Translations under genes and position numbers: made by a program
Notes under the pieces: model-generated
What the model was told of the DNA's origin: nothing
Seen by the model: only the letters and a program-made list of their open reading frames with translations
The model's database searches: none
Virus record (IMG/VR): IMGVR_UViG_3300047462_000344
Span: 1 to 64,000 of that record
Length of the DNA stretch: 64,000 nucleotides
Origin: a virus
Strand: one strand, 5' to 3'
Shown: piece after piece, positions 35,275 to 44,395 of the stretch
Layout of the letters: each line of letters opens with the position of its first letter
Numbering within the stretch: the first letter of the stretch is position 1

Positions 35275-35378
35275 TCGCACGTCAAGACTCCATATATCGT
35301 TACATTGCAGTGCAGCACACAGCACCTTACGTCAACCCATAAAATCGCATTTTTCCGATTTAATTACTCTTTCCCATA

Positions 35379-35407
35379 TTGCAGGATGTGCGCCCATGGC
35401 ATATATC
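35379..35407 (+). promoter_or_regulatory. Sigma-70-like promoter for the 35429-37173 cassette
   Basis: TTGCAG (35379-35384), 17-nt spacer, TATATC (35402-35407). Then a ~20-nt leader with an AGGAG SD before ATG 35429. The region is AT-rich. Confidence 0.35.
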
Positions 35408-35428
35408 CATTCCGTACAGGAGAAGACA

Positions 35429-35698
35429 ATGCCTACCCCAACCGCCGCCCCATTCCAATTCCTCTACGGAGAGCCGGTCGCGTGGGCTGTCACGTCAGGC
35501 CCTACGCGGCGCCAGATCGGCACGATCAATCGCTTTGGTGATCGATACCTGCCGGTAGCGGTGGTGAAATGGGGCAATGTGCGGCTTAGCATGGCCGACA
35601 GCATCAATGATGCGACGACTGCCATCGGCATCATTACGGAGATTGAGGAAAAGAGATGGGGCGAAGCAGACGACAAGCCTATTGCGCCCACCGACTGA
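35429..35698 (+). CDS. Hypothetical small protein
   Basis: ATG 35429, 6 nt after AGGAG. 89 aa. Confidence 0.55.
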   Translation: MPTPTAAPFQFLYGEPVAWAVTSGPTRRQIGTINRFGDRYLPVAVVKWGNVRLSMADSINDATTAIGIITEIEEKRWGEADDKPIAPTD

Positions 35699-35730
35699 TT
35701 GCGCTTTAGATACAACCAGAGGAGACAGAT

Positions 35731-36012
35731 ATGAGCAACGAACAGACCAGCGCCGACCCGATTGAGCAGGAGCGGCGCACCATTGCATGCGTGCTGGCAC
35801 AATACCTCGTGTATCGGATCAACGCCAGCGTGGTAGCCAGAATCGAACAACAACTGGAGCGGGAACTACTTTTCCCGGTCACCTTGTCACTTTACGACCA
35901 AGTTCACCCAGACCCATTCGCACTCATCAGGGTGCAGATGGTCGGCCCGCAGGGGCGCCGGTACACGTGGTATGGCAAGAACGACGTCCGACTCGTTCCT
36001 AGAATCGATTAA
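35731..36012 (+). CDS. Hypothetical small protein
   Basis: 93 aa. GGAG SD 7 nt upstream. Confidence 0.55.
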   Translation: MSNEQTSADPIEQERRTIACVLAQYLVYRINASVVARIEQQLERELLFPVTLSLYDQVHPDPFALIRVQMVGPQGRRYTWYGKNDVRLVPRID

Positions 36013-36036
36013 CCCTGACTGAGAAGGAATCCTGAC

Positions 36037-36468
36037 ATGTCCAACCAAACACTCAATCTTTTCCAGGTCCGCATTGAGCACGGCCGGAGCTTCGTTCAAC
36101 TCTTCACCATGCATCAGGGTACGGCGGCGGATGTCCGCGTCCAGTTCCTTCCCTTCGTCAAGCCGGGAACCAAGGTGTTCGTGGAACCACAATCCGCGCT
36201 GATGAAGCGCGAATTGGTCCTCAACCTCAGCGCCGACGCCACGCCGCCGCACCTACATCTCGGCATTCACCCCAACCACCCGGGTAAAGCGGCGATTCTT
36301 GACCAGGTAGGCGCCTTGCACGGCACGTTCGCCACCGGCACGTCGCGCGCCGAGATTGCGGAGCTACTCGCGCTGCGCGGCCACTCCTTGATGCCTGACG
36401 ATACGATTGTCGCGCCTATCGTTACGGAGGCGCCGCGTGTTGCGGCCGATCCGGTCGCGGTCCAATGA
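36037..36468 (+). CDS. Hypothetical protein
   Basis: 143 aa. GAGAAGGAA SD. Confidence 0.55.
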   Translation: MSNQTLNLFQVRIEHGRSFVQLFTMHQGTAADVRVQFLPFVKPGTKVFVEPQSALMKRELVLNLSADATPPHLHLGIHPNHPGKAAILDQVGALHGTFATGTSRAEIAELLALRGHSLMPDDTIVAPIVTEAPRVAADPVAVQ

Positions 36469-36704
36469 TCATGCCCAACGATTATCCGGGGCGCTGCGGC
36501 TGCGGCGCCACGGTCCCGGTGCGGCGCGGAAAAGTCACGTACGAACGGTTCGACCGCGGTCCGCGCCGCGCCATCATTACGTGCCGCGCCTGCATGACAC
36601 AGCCGGAGCGCGAATTCTCCATCGCACATGAGCGCAGGTACGCCGCCCTGTCCGACATGGCGGTAATCCGCGCCGAGGCAGTCCACGAAAATTTCGGTCG
36701 ATAA
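36465..36704 (+). CDS. Small zinc-ribbon-like protein
   Basis: 79 aa. ATGA overlap with the upstream stop. GRCGCGATVP...ITCRACMTQ. Confidence 0.55.
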   Translation: MIMPNDYPGRCGCGATVPVRRGKVTYERFDRGPRRAIITCRACMTQPEREFSIAHERRYAALSDMAVIRAEAVHENFGR

Positions 36705-36804
36705 TTTCCCCACTTATCCCGCTTGCGGAACTGTGTTTTTTCGTAATAGGTTGCGCGCCTCGACCCGGACTGCCGGGTCGCCAACCCCCTGAAAGGACAA
36801 AGTC

Positions 36805-37173
36805 ATGAACTTCTTCTCCGGCATATTCAGCTTCTTCTCCGGCTTTTTTGGCGGCGGCGCCACGGGCTCCACACCGGCCGCGTTTACCGCCCAGGCCGGG
36901 GCTGCCCTCGCCATGATCCAGGGCATCGCCCCACTGGTCGAGGCACAGGCGGACGTTTCCCCGGCTATCGTTGCCCAGATCAACACAGCACTGACCGAGG
37001 CGCAGACCATCATTGCCGGGCTGGGCCAGGACCCGGCGCCGACGGATATGTCGAGCGCGCTGAAAGCCCTGTCCACCGTCGTCGCCGCCTTCCCGGCCGG
37101 CCCCAACCACGACAAGGCAGCGGCGGCGCTGTCCACGCTCACCCTGGTGCTCACCGTCCTTCACACCGCGTAA
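36805..37173 (+). CDS. Small hydrophobic/secreted-looking protein
   Basis: 122 aa. MNFFSGIFSFFSGFFGGGATGS..., Ala-rich. AAAGGA SD. Confidence 0.55.
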   Translation: MNFFSGIFSFFSGFFGGGATGSTPAAFTAQAGAALAMIQGIAPLVEAQADVSPAIVAQINTALTEAQTIIAGLGQDPAPTDMSSALKALSTVVAAFPAGPNHDKAAAALSTLTLVLTVLHTA

Positions 37174-37178
37174 CACAT

Positions 37179-37207
37179 GGGCGCCGGGTCACCGGCGCCC
37201 TTTCCTT
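37179..37207. terminator. Bidirectional rho-independent-type terminator between convergent genes
   Basis: GGGCGCCGG (37179-37187), loop GTCA, CCGGCGCCC (37192-37200), then TTTCCTT. Lies between stop 37173 (+) and stop 37213 (-). Confidence 0.6.
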
Positions 37208-37212
37208 CATCA

Positions 37213-40200
37213 TCAAAACATAGACCGTTGCTGGTCAGGTTCGGCCGGCTCCGCATCATTCGCCGGCACCGGCATATCAGCGTGCACAGTCTCCGCCGCC
37301 TCCTCTTTCCCGGCCCTGACCCGGTTCAGATATCCGGCCAGCCCGCGATCATCCAACCCCTCCAGCGGGCTGGTCATGACATCGCGCAAATCATATTTCG
37401 TGGTCAGCCTGGCCCGGGCCCGCCTCTCGGCGGGATGGTCTGCCACCACGTCAAGCAATTCCACATCGTTATTCTGCCCGATGCGGTGAATGCGCCCATT
37501 TCGTTGCGCATGGAGCATGGCGGTTAGCGGCGTGTCGGCCTGGGCCAGCCACCGCCCCGTCTGGAGGTTTGCGCCGACGGCCGCTGCGTCCGAGCAGACC
37601 AGCACGTCGTGTTTCCCCGCTTTGTATTCGGCCTTGATCCGATCCTTGTCCTTCGCCGAATCAGACCCGGTCAGGGTAACGACGCGGTGCCCCTCTGCCT
37701 TGAGTTGCGCCGCAATGGCCGCGACATGGTCGCGGTGGTGGGCGAACACCACACCCTGCTTCCCACGCCGCTCATTAGCAATCTTGGCGATGGCGCCTAT
37801 CTTGGCCCCGCCATTGATGGTGTGATGCACCGCGCTGTTATGCACGATGCCGATCGAATTCTGGAGATTCTCCGCCACCGCCCTGGCCTGCCCAGGATCG
37901 ACACCGTCGAAACTATTTGGCGACAGCACCTTCATCGCGTCCACATCCACATCCCCGCGCAACCTGGCGAGCCGACCGGCGGCGGCGGCATCGTCCAGGG
38001 CCTTGAGGTGGGCGCGCTGGCCATCATCGAGCTGCACGCTGACCTGCTTTCGATCCACTTTCACGCCGGGGTCGATGCCGCCGGTGTAGAAATGCCGCGC
38101 CATCTCGCGCTGCAGCCCGTCGCGCGCCGATGCGGTATCGACGCCATACTTCCGCATGAACGCGTCCCGGTCGGCATACCGCGCCGGGTCCATCTTTTGC
38201 AGCACATCGAATGCCTCGGAGGCATCGTTTTTCACGGGATCCGCCGTGGCCGACACGTAGGTGCCCATTACGTCCGAAACGCCATCGACGACATTGGCGA
38301 GGTGCGAATTCTGCTTCCCGGCCCGGTTGAGCAGATTATGGCCCTCATCGACGTAAAGCGCGTCGTGGTGCATCCCCTCCGCCTGCATCAAATCGCGCAT
38401 ATACTTGGCCCGCTCCGCCCGCGGCATGGCGTCCAGTTTCGCGGCAACCTCCGCCGGCTCGACCCCGTCACGCGCCGCGGCGAGGTGGATCATGTCGTCG
38501 CGGAAGGCCTGGTGCGTCACCACATTGAAATTATACGCGGGGTTCTTGTAGGCGGCGATCCGCTCCTCCCGCGACGCGCCAGGCGCGCAGTGCCAGTTAT
38601 ACTTTCCAGGCTCCAGCATGGTCAGCGCCTCGCCGTGGAACTGGCCCTGGACGACGGAGGGGACGAGGAACAGGCCCCGGTTCGCCTTCCCCTTGGCGTG
38701 CAGATCGGTGAAGGAGGAGAGCATGATGGAGGTTTTGCCCGACCCGACGCCCATGCCGAGGACCTGCCGACGGTTATGCTCGATCAGTTTTACGGCGCGC
38801 TGGCGCTTCACGTAGGCGCCCGACATATCCGGCCGCCACATCGCCACGGGCTGGCCAGGCCGGAAATTCTTGCCCACGATCGGCATCATGCCGGCGATTT
38901 GCCGCTCCGCGGCGTGGCCGATCGTCCATCGCTGGCCCAGCGCCGGCACGCGCGGATCCGGCGCCTCATCGTCCCCATCGCCTTGGCCGGCCGTATCGAC
39001 GGGCCCGAACATGCCCATCTGGCTTTGCTGGTATCCGGCTTCGTGCGCCGCCTCCGCGTCGAGCCGGTCCTTCACCCCGCCGGCGGCGTACTTGCCGCCG
39101 ACCCGGTTGCGCAGCGCATCGACCCGGTCGCGGTGTTCCTTCAACCGCGCCTCCCGCGCGGCGGGGTCCAGTGCGTCGAGATGGGCCAGGTCATGCGCGA
39201 TCGGCGTCCGGCCGACCCGCAGCTTCTTGCCCTTCGCCAGCCCGTTATGGGTGTCCGCGAAGGCGCGCAGCACCTTGCTCTTCACCACATCCTGCATCGC
39301 GGCATAGGCGTTCGCCGGGCTGCCCATGATGGTCAGATATTTGTCCCAGGACATGCCGGCCTTGTTGACCCGTTCGGCCAGCTCGTTCCGTTTCTGCCGC
39401 CTTTCCCGCCATTCCGCGTGCTCCGGATTCGGCGCGGCGCCGAACAGCCCCTCCGTCTCCCGCGCCGGTTCCGGGTCAGGTGTCGCGTCCAGTTTTTCCA
39501 ACTCGGCGCGCAAGCCCTCCGCGTCCGGATCGGACCGGCCATACTCTGCCCCGAACACGCTGCGCAGCGCGCGCTGATCCTGGGGCGTCAGGTCGCCGAC
39601 CGGCTTCCATGCCGCGACCCCCTCGGGGTGCTGCGCCAGGGCGCGATGCAGTGCGTCGGCGGCCGTCGGGTCGATCGCGAATTGCTGGCGGTGGATAGGG
39701 GCGTGATCCACGCCGAGCCGGTCCGTGTATTCATCGGCAAGCCGCTCGAAGGCGGCGCGGTGCGCGTCGGCCCGATTGATCTTGCCGTCCGGCGCGTAGA
39801 GCGGCGCCACGTCATTCACCGCCGCCATGAAGGCGCCACGGTTGCCGGCGCGCTGCATCGTGGTCTCGGCGAGCAGGTCCGCCATGATTTCGTCGGGGGA
39901 ATCGCCGTCGGCCGCCCGGGCACCTACGAAATCATTCACGGCGGCCGCCATGTCGCGAGGCGCGGCGGGAAACGGGTTGGCCAGGCGCGGCGCGGTGCCA
40001 GGCACCACATTCATGGCCAGGTCGGGCCGGTCCGCCACGCCGGCCGGCAACCAGCCATCCTGGTCAGCCCTCCCCTCCATGATATCCAATGCGCCGCGTG
40101 TGCGCTCCAGGTCGGCTTTCGACACAGGTGCGGCCAGCTTGTCCATGCCGGCGCCCGACACGGTCAGGATGGTGGACGCGCCGGCCCGCTCGATCCGGTA

Positions 40201-41805
40201 ATCGCCCTGATCCAGCCCGATCGCACGCGCCTGTTGGATTGCCGCTTCGATCGACGTGCCGCCCAGCGAGACTTCGACCTGGTCGTTCTTGGGCCGGTCC
40301 AGCGCCACGACGATGGCGGCGTTCGCCTCCATCTCGCCCAGGGATGTGCCCAGCACGCGCTGCGCGTTCTCCACGAAGGTCCGGCGCTTCGCGTTCAGTT
40401 CTTGTGCCGCGGCAAGGTCGGCGCCGGTATGGGCGTCGCCGAGCTCGATTTCGTGGGCAAGCTCCTGCCAGTCCCGCGCCTCGCGCAGCGCGTCGTCGCT
40501 CGCCGCCATGTAGTGGCTGACATGAAAGCGGCCCATCGCCTGCCTGACTTTATCCATTTCGTCGGGGGTCAGGTCCGTGGTGAGACGCCGCGCCAGTATT
40601 TGAGCAGCACCGGCAACCCCGAGCACGTCCACAACGGACCGGTCGATAAGGGACGCGCCGCCAGCGGCCAGCGCGAGAGCGTTGATGGAATTGTATGCGC
40701 CGACGCCGATGTGTCGGCCGAGGCTTTCCCCGCCGCCCTCGGTTTTTCCGATTTCGGAGAGGAAGGCGCGGGTTTTGATGGTTCGCAGATCATGCTCCAA
40801 CCCTTTTACGATATCCGCATCGACAGGCGCGCCGGCCACCTCCAGCACGTAAGCCTTGGCCTCGACCGGCTCTTTAGCCGCATCGATGTCCCGCATCCGC
40901 TCACGCCCGGATTTCTCGGTCGCGCGCAGCGCCTTCTCCGCCTTGAGCAGTTCGACCGTATCCCGTGCTTCAACGGTGGCATTTGTATTCACGGCCGGCC
41001 ATGGATCCCGCACGGTGCGGAGTTCCTCGGCAATCGCATCCGCCATACCCTTCCGCGCCGCGGCGGCGGCGGCTTTCTCAGGCGGCGTTGCCTTCGTCGC
41101 GGCCGTCTCTGCAGCCAGCGCCTCCCCAGTCAGCCCCGCCGCCTCCGCCCGCTCGCCGTATTTCGTTGCGTAGCCAAACCCCTTCGTCGCCGGCGCGACG
41201 GGGTCCAAATCCTGGACGGTGAGCTGGTCCGGCGCCTCGCCAGACATGGGGACCTCGCCCAGCGCCTCCGCCGCCCGCGCATCAGCGTCGGAGAGCAGCT
41301 TCCGGCGGGCCAGGTCCACCGCCTCCTTGGCGCGCCGGAACAGTTTGGCAGCGTGCGCGCGGCGCGCCTTGTCCCGCGCCCCTTCGCTCAGATTCTGGTA
41401 TTTCTCTTCGGGGAACCGCATCTCATCCTGCGTCCACCCCAGCTTGTCGGCCACGGTTTGCAGGAATTTGGCGCGTTGCTGGCCCAGTTCGGCCTTCACC
41501 GCCTGCCTGGCCTTGGCCTTGGAATCGGCCAGGCCGAGCTTCTTATCCTGCTCTTTCTGCCGCTTCTGCGCCTCCTTCCGAGCGGCCGATTTCTCAGCCA
41601 CTTCCTTCGCGTAATCCCCTTCCGACCGGACGCCGGTCAGTTTCAGGTAATTCAACGCCCCGCCGGCGCCGCCAATGACGTGATAGGACCCGTCGGCAGC
41701 CGGCTTGATCAGAACGGGGTGACCGTCAGTGCCGGGGCCGTTCGGCCGCACCGTGATCCAGCGTTCGCCGGCGCCCAACGATTTCAGGAACAGAACAGCG
41801 ACCAT
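37213..41805 (-). CDS. Giant (1530 aa) SNF2-family helicase protein with a ~900-aa N-terminal extension (polyvalent-protein type)
   Basis: Helicase motifs in the C-terminal 600 aa: I GMGVGSGKTS, II LYVDEGHN, III SATADP, VI AQRNGRIHRIGQ. The N-terminus MVAVLFLKSLGAGERWITVRPNG... is followed by coiled-coil-like sequence. Confidence 0.85.
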   Translation of the reverse strand: MVAVLFLKSLGAGERWITVRPNGPGTDGHPVLIKPAADGSYHVIGGAGGALNYLKLTGVRSEGDYAKEVAEKSAARKEAQKRQKEQDKKLGLADSKAKARQAVKAELGQQRAKFLQTVADKLGWTQDEMRFPEEKYQNLSEGARDKARRAHAAKLFRRAKEAVDLARRKLLSDADARAAEALGEVPMSGEAPDQLTVQDLDPVAPATKGFGYATKYGERAEAAGLTGEALAAETAATKATPPEKAAAAAARKGMADAIAEELRTVRDPWPAVNTNATVEARDTVELLKAEKALRATEKSGRERMRDIDAAKEPVEAKAYVLEVAGAPVDADIVKGLEHDLRTIKTRAFLSEIGKTEGGGESLGRHIGVGAYNSINALALAAGGASLIDRSVVDVLGVAGAAQILARRLTTDLTPDEMDKVRQAMGRFHVSHYMAASDDALREARDWQELAHEIELGDAHTGADLAAAQELNAKRRTFVENAQRVLGTSLGEMEANAAIVVALDRPKNDQVEVSLGGTSIEAAIQQARAIGLDQGDYRIERAGASTILTVSGAGMDKLAAPVSKADLERTRGALDIMEGRADQDGWLPAGVADRPDLAMNVVPGTAPRLANPFPAAPRDMAAAVNDFVGARAADGDSPDEIMADLLAETTMQRAGNRGAFMAAVNDVAPLYAPDGKINRADAHRAAFERLADEYTDRLGVDHAPIHRQQFAIDPTAADALHRALAQHPEGVAAWKPVGDLTPQDQRALRSVFGAEYGRSDPDAEGLRAELEKLDATPDPEPARETEGLFGAAPNPEHAEWRERRQKRNELAERVNKAGMSWDKYLTIMGSPANAYAAMQDVVKSKVLRAFADTHNGLAKGKKLRVGRTPIAHDLAHLDALDPAAREARLKEHRDRVDALRNRVGGKYAAGGVKDRLDAEAAHEAGYQQSQMGMFGPVDTAGQGDGDDEAPDPRVPALGQRWTIGHAAERQIAGMMPIVGKNFRPGQPVAMWRPDMSGAYVKRQRAVKLIEHNRRQVLGMGVGSGKTSIMLSSFTDLHAKGKANRGLFLVPSVVQGQFHGEALTMLEPGKYNWHCAPGASREERIAAYKNPAYNFNVVTHQAFRDDMIHLAAARDGVEPAEVAAKLDAMPRAERAKYMRDLMQAEGMHHDALYVDEGHNLLNRAGKQNSHLANVVDGVSDVMGTYVSATADPVKNDASEAFDVLQKMDPARYADRDAFMRKYGVDTASARDGLQREMARHFYTGGIDPGVKVDRKQVSVQLDDGQRAHLKALDDAAAAGRLARLRGDVDVDAMKVLSPNSFDGVDPGQARAVAENLQNSIGIVHNSAVHHTINGGAKIGAIAKIANERRGKQGVVFAHHRDHVAAIAAQLKAEGHRVVTLTGSDSAKDKDRIKAEYKAGKHDVLVCSDAAAVGANLQTGRWLAQADTPLTAMLHAQRNGRIHRIGQNNDVELLDVVADHPAERRARARLTTKYDLRDVMTSPLEGLDDRGLAGYLNRVRAGKEEAAETVHADMPVPANDAEPAEPDQQRSMF

Positions 41806-41813
41806 GCCTCAGC

Positions 41814-41826
41814 ATGGCATCACGAC
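41814..41826 (-). promoter_or_regulatory. Late box copy
   Basis: Minus strand GTCGTGATGCCAT + GCTGAGGC (8 nt) + ATG(41805). Confidence 0.5.
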
Positions 41827-41853
41827 AGCCAGGAAGGCGGCGTCCCAGTGGTT

Positions 41854-42159
41854 TCAGGGTTGGGCATGGCGTTGCCTTTTAAATGTTTGCTCCAGCCTAG
41901 CGTTCTGATCCTGAACGGCCTTGGCCGCGGCCTCGGCTGTTGCGCCACGCGGGTGAGCGCCACGCGACAGCAACGCGGATACCTCCATATGCATGGAATG
42001 CTCGCCGCTGTTCCAAGTGTGCAGTAGTAATTCACCGAAAGCGGTGTAAGCCTTGACGTGGAAATCCTCACGATCTCCGAAGTGGAGAGGGCGCCGGTCC
42101 ACGACCTCGAAATAGCCGCCACGCGCTTTGTCTGTCCTGGTTTTGGGATCGGCGGTCAT
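41854..42159 (-). CDS. Hypothetical protein
   Basis: 101 aa. ATGA overlap with the upstream stop (42156). Confidence 0.5.
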   Translation of the reverse strand: MTADPKTRTDKARGGYFEVVDRRPLHFGDREDFHVKAYTAFGELLLHTWNSGEHSMHMEVSALLSRGAHPRGATAEAAAKAVQDQNARLEQTFKRQRHAQP

Positions 42160-42839
42160 TGCTTCGGCTTCCTTCCTGGGGTTGCGCCGGCATCCCTGCC
42201 GGCCTGGCGGTTCTGCTCCATCTGATAGGCGTGCTGGACCGCCGGCCTGGCGCCGAGCAGCTCCTTGGCCGTCTTATAGGCCATGGACTTTCCGCCCTTG
42301 CCGGCCTTGGCCAGCAGCTTGGGCGTGGTGTTCTCGCCCTCGCCGGGCAGCTTCCAGAACGGCTCTATCAGCTTGGCTCGCTCCCGCGTCTCAAGCATTA
42401 CTTCCTCGGCGATCTCGGCCTTCGTGCGTCCGGTGACACGGTTGCGCACCATGCGGCCGAACTCAGCAATCTCAGCCGCCACGGCCTGCCCGGTCGCGTC
42501 CGGTTCAATCCGGATGCCGCGGTCCAGCACCAGCAGCGTTGCGGGCCGGGCGCCCGCCGCCGCAATCGCCGCGGCAAGGTCAGTCCCCCCAAAAGCAAAA
42601 ATGCGCCAGGACGGCAGCACAATCAGCTCAGCCTCCCCGCGCGCCGTGGGGCGCAGCAGGTTGGCCCGCTCCTTCAATGCCGCCGGGTTGCCGTTGCGCC
42701 GTGCCTTGGGGCCGATCTGGTCCACGTAGCGCACCGGCTCACACGGATTCTCGGCCAACCACGCGGCCAAGGCGCGCTCCTGCCGCTCAAGCGGCCAGAC
42801 GGATGCGCAGATGGTGGAAAGGTAGAACTTCACGAGCAT
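42156..42839 (-). CDS. Serine-recombinase (resolvase/invertase)-fold protein, divergent catalytic motif
   Basis: ATG 42839 gives MLVKFYLSTICAS...ERQERAL (compare Y-x-R-V-S-T...Q, with the Arg replaced by Leu). ELIVLPSWRIFAFGGTDLAAAI...LLVLDRGIRIEPDATGQAVAAEIAEFGRMV resolvase-core pattern. C-terminal HTH-like tail. Confidence 0.5.
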   Translation of the reverse strand: MLVKFYLSTICASVWPLERQERALAAWLAENPCEPVRYVDQIGPKARRNGNPAALKERANLLRPTARGEAELIVLPSWRIFAFGGTDLAAAIAAAGARPATLLVLDRGIRIEPDATGQAVAAEIAEFGRMVRNRVTGRTKAEIAEEVMLETRERAKLIEPFWKLPGEGENTTPKLLAKAGKGGKSMAYKTAKELLGARPAVQHAYQMEQNRQAGRDAGATPGRKPKQ

Positions 42840-42845
42840 GGGAAT

Positions 42846-42874
42846 CGTATAGCGCAGATGCATTTCCGCGTCAA
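42846..42874 (-). promoter_or_regulatory. Sigma-70-like promoter giving a leaderless mRNA for the recombinase-like gene
   Basis: Minus strand TTGACG (42874-42869), 17-nt spacer, TATACG (42851-42846), 6 nt, ATG (42839). No SD. Confidence 0.45.
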
Positions 42875-42933
42875 TTAGGACTTGCAAGGCGTGTGCGTTT
42901 ATGCGATACGGGGTGACAGACACGGAGGCACCG

Positions 42934-43095
42934 ATGACACTGACCCGCGCAAGACTGATCGTTCGGAACCGCTTGGCTTACCTGCCGCGTGAAGTGCGCG
43001 AGGCTGCCGTGTGGTTGCTTGGCAGCTTATCGGCCACAGCCCAGGATGTGCATGACGCATCGCACGCAATGTTGATTGGCACCCGCGACCGCTGA
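42934..43095 (+). CDS. Hypothetical small protein
   Basis: ATG 42934, 5 nt after GGAGG (the ORF track starts at 42901). 53 aa. The stop is embedded in the junction repeat. Confidence 0.5.
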   Translation: MTLTRARLIVRNRLAYLPREVREAAVWLLGSLSATAQDVHDASHAMLIGTRDR

Positions 43096-43097
43096 GT

Positions 43098-43108
43098 CCC
43101 CCTAACCC
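43098..43108 (+). repeat. Gene-junction repeat copy 1
   Basis: cgcTGAGTCCCCCTAACCC; 14 nt to ATG 43123. Confidence 0.7.
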
Positions 43109-43122
43109 GAAGGCGGAACGAT

Positions 43123-43389
43123 ATGCCAAGCGGCCACACCGAGACAGAGACGATCAACGAGCGGCGCAGCCTTACAGATAACATGCGCGCCACCTTGCAG
43201 CGCGTGTATGACTGCCACGAGAAGGCCGGTAGCATCGGGATCAAAGGGTATTTTCGGCACACACAAGCGAACGGGGCGCAAAAGAACGCCCTACGTGCTC
43301 TGCTAGACCGTGGGCTTATTGACTGGAATGACGAGCACGGCTTCTATTTTTGTACCAGATATGGGCGCGAGGTACTCGAAGCCCCCTAA
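43123..43389 (+). CDS. Hypothetical small protein (winged-helix-like C-terminus)
   Basis: 88 aa. The stop TAA lies inside junction repeat copy 2. Confidence 0.55.
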   Translation: MPSGHTETETINERRSLTDNMRATLQRVYDCHEKAGSIGIKGYFRHTQANGAQKNALRALLDRGLIDWNDEHGFYFCTRYGREVLEAP

Positions 43390-43393
43390 CCCC
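43382..43393 (+). repeat. Gene-junction repeat copy 2
   Basis: CCCCCTAACCCC; 11 nt to ATG 43405. Confidence 0.7.
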
Positions 43394-43404
43394 ACGGAAC
43401 CAAA

Positions 43405-43662
43405 ATGACCAACGCATTCGAGGCATGGATCAGGACGCTGGACGAGGACGTGATCCAGGGCGAGTTCGGTTATGAACGCGGCGAATATGACGTGTTTCCT
43501 GAATTGTGGCGCCCGCTCTATGATGAAGGGTTGACACCCATGCAGGCGTGGCAGCGGGCGCTTGATGCCTCTGCTGAGGCTCGCGCCGAGCGTGACCGAC
43601 AAGCTGCCGAGAATTGGCTGCGGATTATGGCCGAAGATGCCGCCGCAGCGTCCGCAGCCTAG
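43405..43662 (+). CDS. Hypothetical small protein
   Basis: 85 aa. Confidence 0.55.
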   Translation: MTNAFEAWIRTLDEDVIQGEFGYERGEYDVFPELWRPLYDEGLTPMQAWQRALDASAEARAERDRQAAENWLRIMAEDAAAASAA

Positions 43663-43674
43663 CCCCCTAACCCC
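43663..43674 (+). repeat. Gene-junction repeat copy 3
   Basis: TAG then CCCCCTAACCCC; 23 nt to ATG 43698. Confidence 0.7.
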
Positions 43675-43697
43675 GGAACCTCTGAAGGAACACAAAA

Positions 43698-43988
43698 ATG
43701 GACGCCATGACAGACAAAGAAGCCCCGATGTGCATGCAGGCGACGGCCAGCAATTCAGGCTTCGCTCAGCCGCCCGATGCGACGATCCCCGGCCATGTGC
43801 TGCGGACTGCCATAGCCCAGGCAGAACACGCCGCCAGTGATCTCGACCTCCGCATCAAGGACGAAGCCGGTCAGCGGGACGATCTGGTGCGTCGGGCAGG
43901 CGTGATGCAGGACCACATCGACCGCATGAAGGCCGAACATAGCCTACTGACGCGGCACGTCCGGAACCTCCACGCCGCACTGACCTGA
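43698..43988 (+). CDS. Hypothetical small coiled-coil protein
   Basis: 96 aa. GAAGGAA SD. Confidence 0.55.
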   Translation: MDAMTDKEAPMCMQATASNSGFAQPPDATIPGHVLRTAIAQAEHAASDLDLRIKDEAGQRDDLVRRAGVMQDHIDRMKAEHSLLTRHVRNLHAALT

Positions 43989-44014
43989 AACCCCAACCAG
44001 ATCAGAGGCTTATC

Positions 44015-44368
44015 GTGGACTATTGGAAAGAATGCCTTGCGGAAGCCGCTGACGAGTTCGGCGTTGCCTTAACCGAAGAACAGCTTGTCGGGATCGCTCG
44101 AATCATTGAGGGCGCTCACGAGAATTACGGGCAAGCAACCGGGCGCGACGTGTGGGACGATAATTGGCGGGCTGCCGAGAACACGCGGTTGAAATCTGAG
44201 GGCGCCGAGGCGGTTCTGAAACACGTTGAGGCATGCGTTGCCACCATAGACGGCGGCCCGTCGCGTGTTTTCGATGCCATGTCGCACAACCAGAAGATTG
44301 CCATGCACGAGCTTTTTCAAACCCGGCGCTTCGTCCACAAGTCGGGCGCGGTTCGGGTGCTTCGCTGA
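44015..44368 (+). CDS. Hypothetical protein
   Basis: 117 aa. GTG start 7 nt after AGAGG. The stop is embedded in junction repeat copy 4. Confidence 0.55.
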   Translation: MDYWKECLAEAADEFGVALTEEQLVGIARIIEGAHENYGQATGRDVWDDNWRAAENTRLKSEGAEAVLKHVEACVATIDGGPSRVFDAMSHNQKIAMHELFQTRRFVHKSGAVRVLR

Positions 44369-44370
44369 GT

Positions 44371-44382
44371 CCCCCTAACCCC
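44371..44382 (+). repeat. Gene-junction repeat copy 4
   Basis: cgcTGAGTCCCCCTAACCCC (the 19-mer is identical to copy 1); 13 nt to ATG 44396. Confidence 0.7.
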
Positions 44383-44395
44383 AAACGGAGTCGCA

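Noticed and set aside
37609-42027. 1472-aa plus-strand ORF, the longest plus-strand ORF in the track
   Set aside because: It is the antisense shadow of the motif-rich 1530-aa SNF2 gene. Its translation is Arg/Gly/Pro/His-rich with no motifs, no SD and no coupling to neighbours. Long antisense ORFs are expected in GC-rich DNA.
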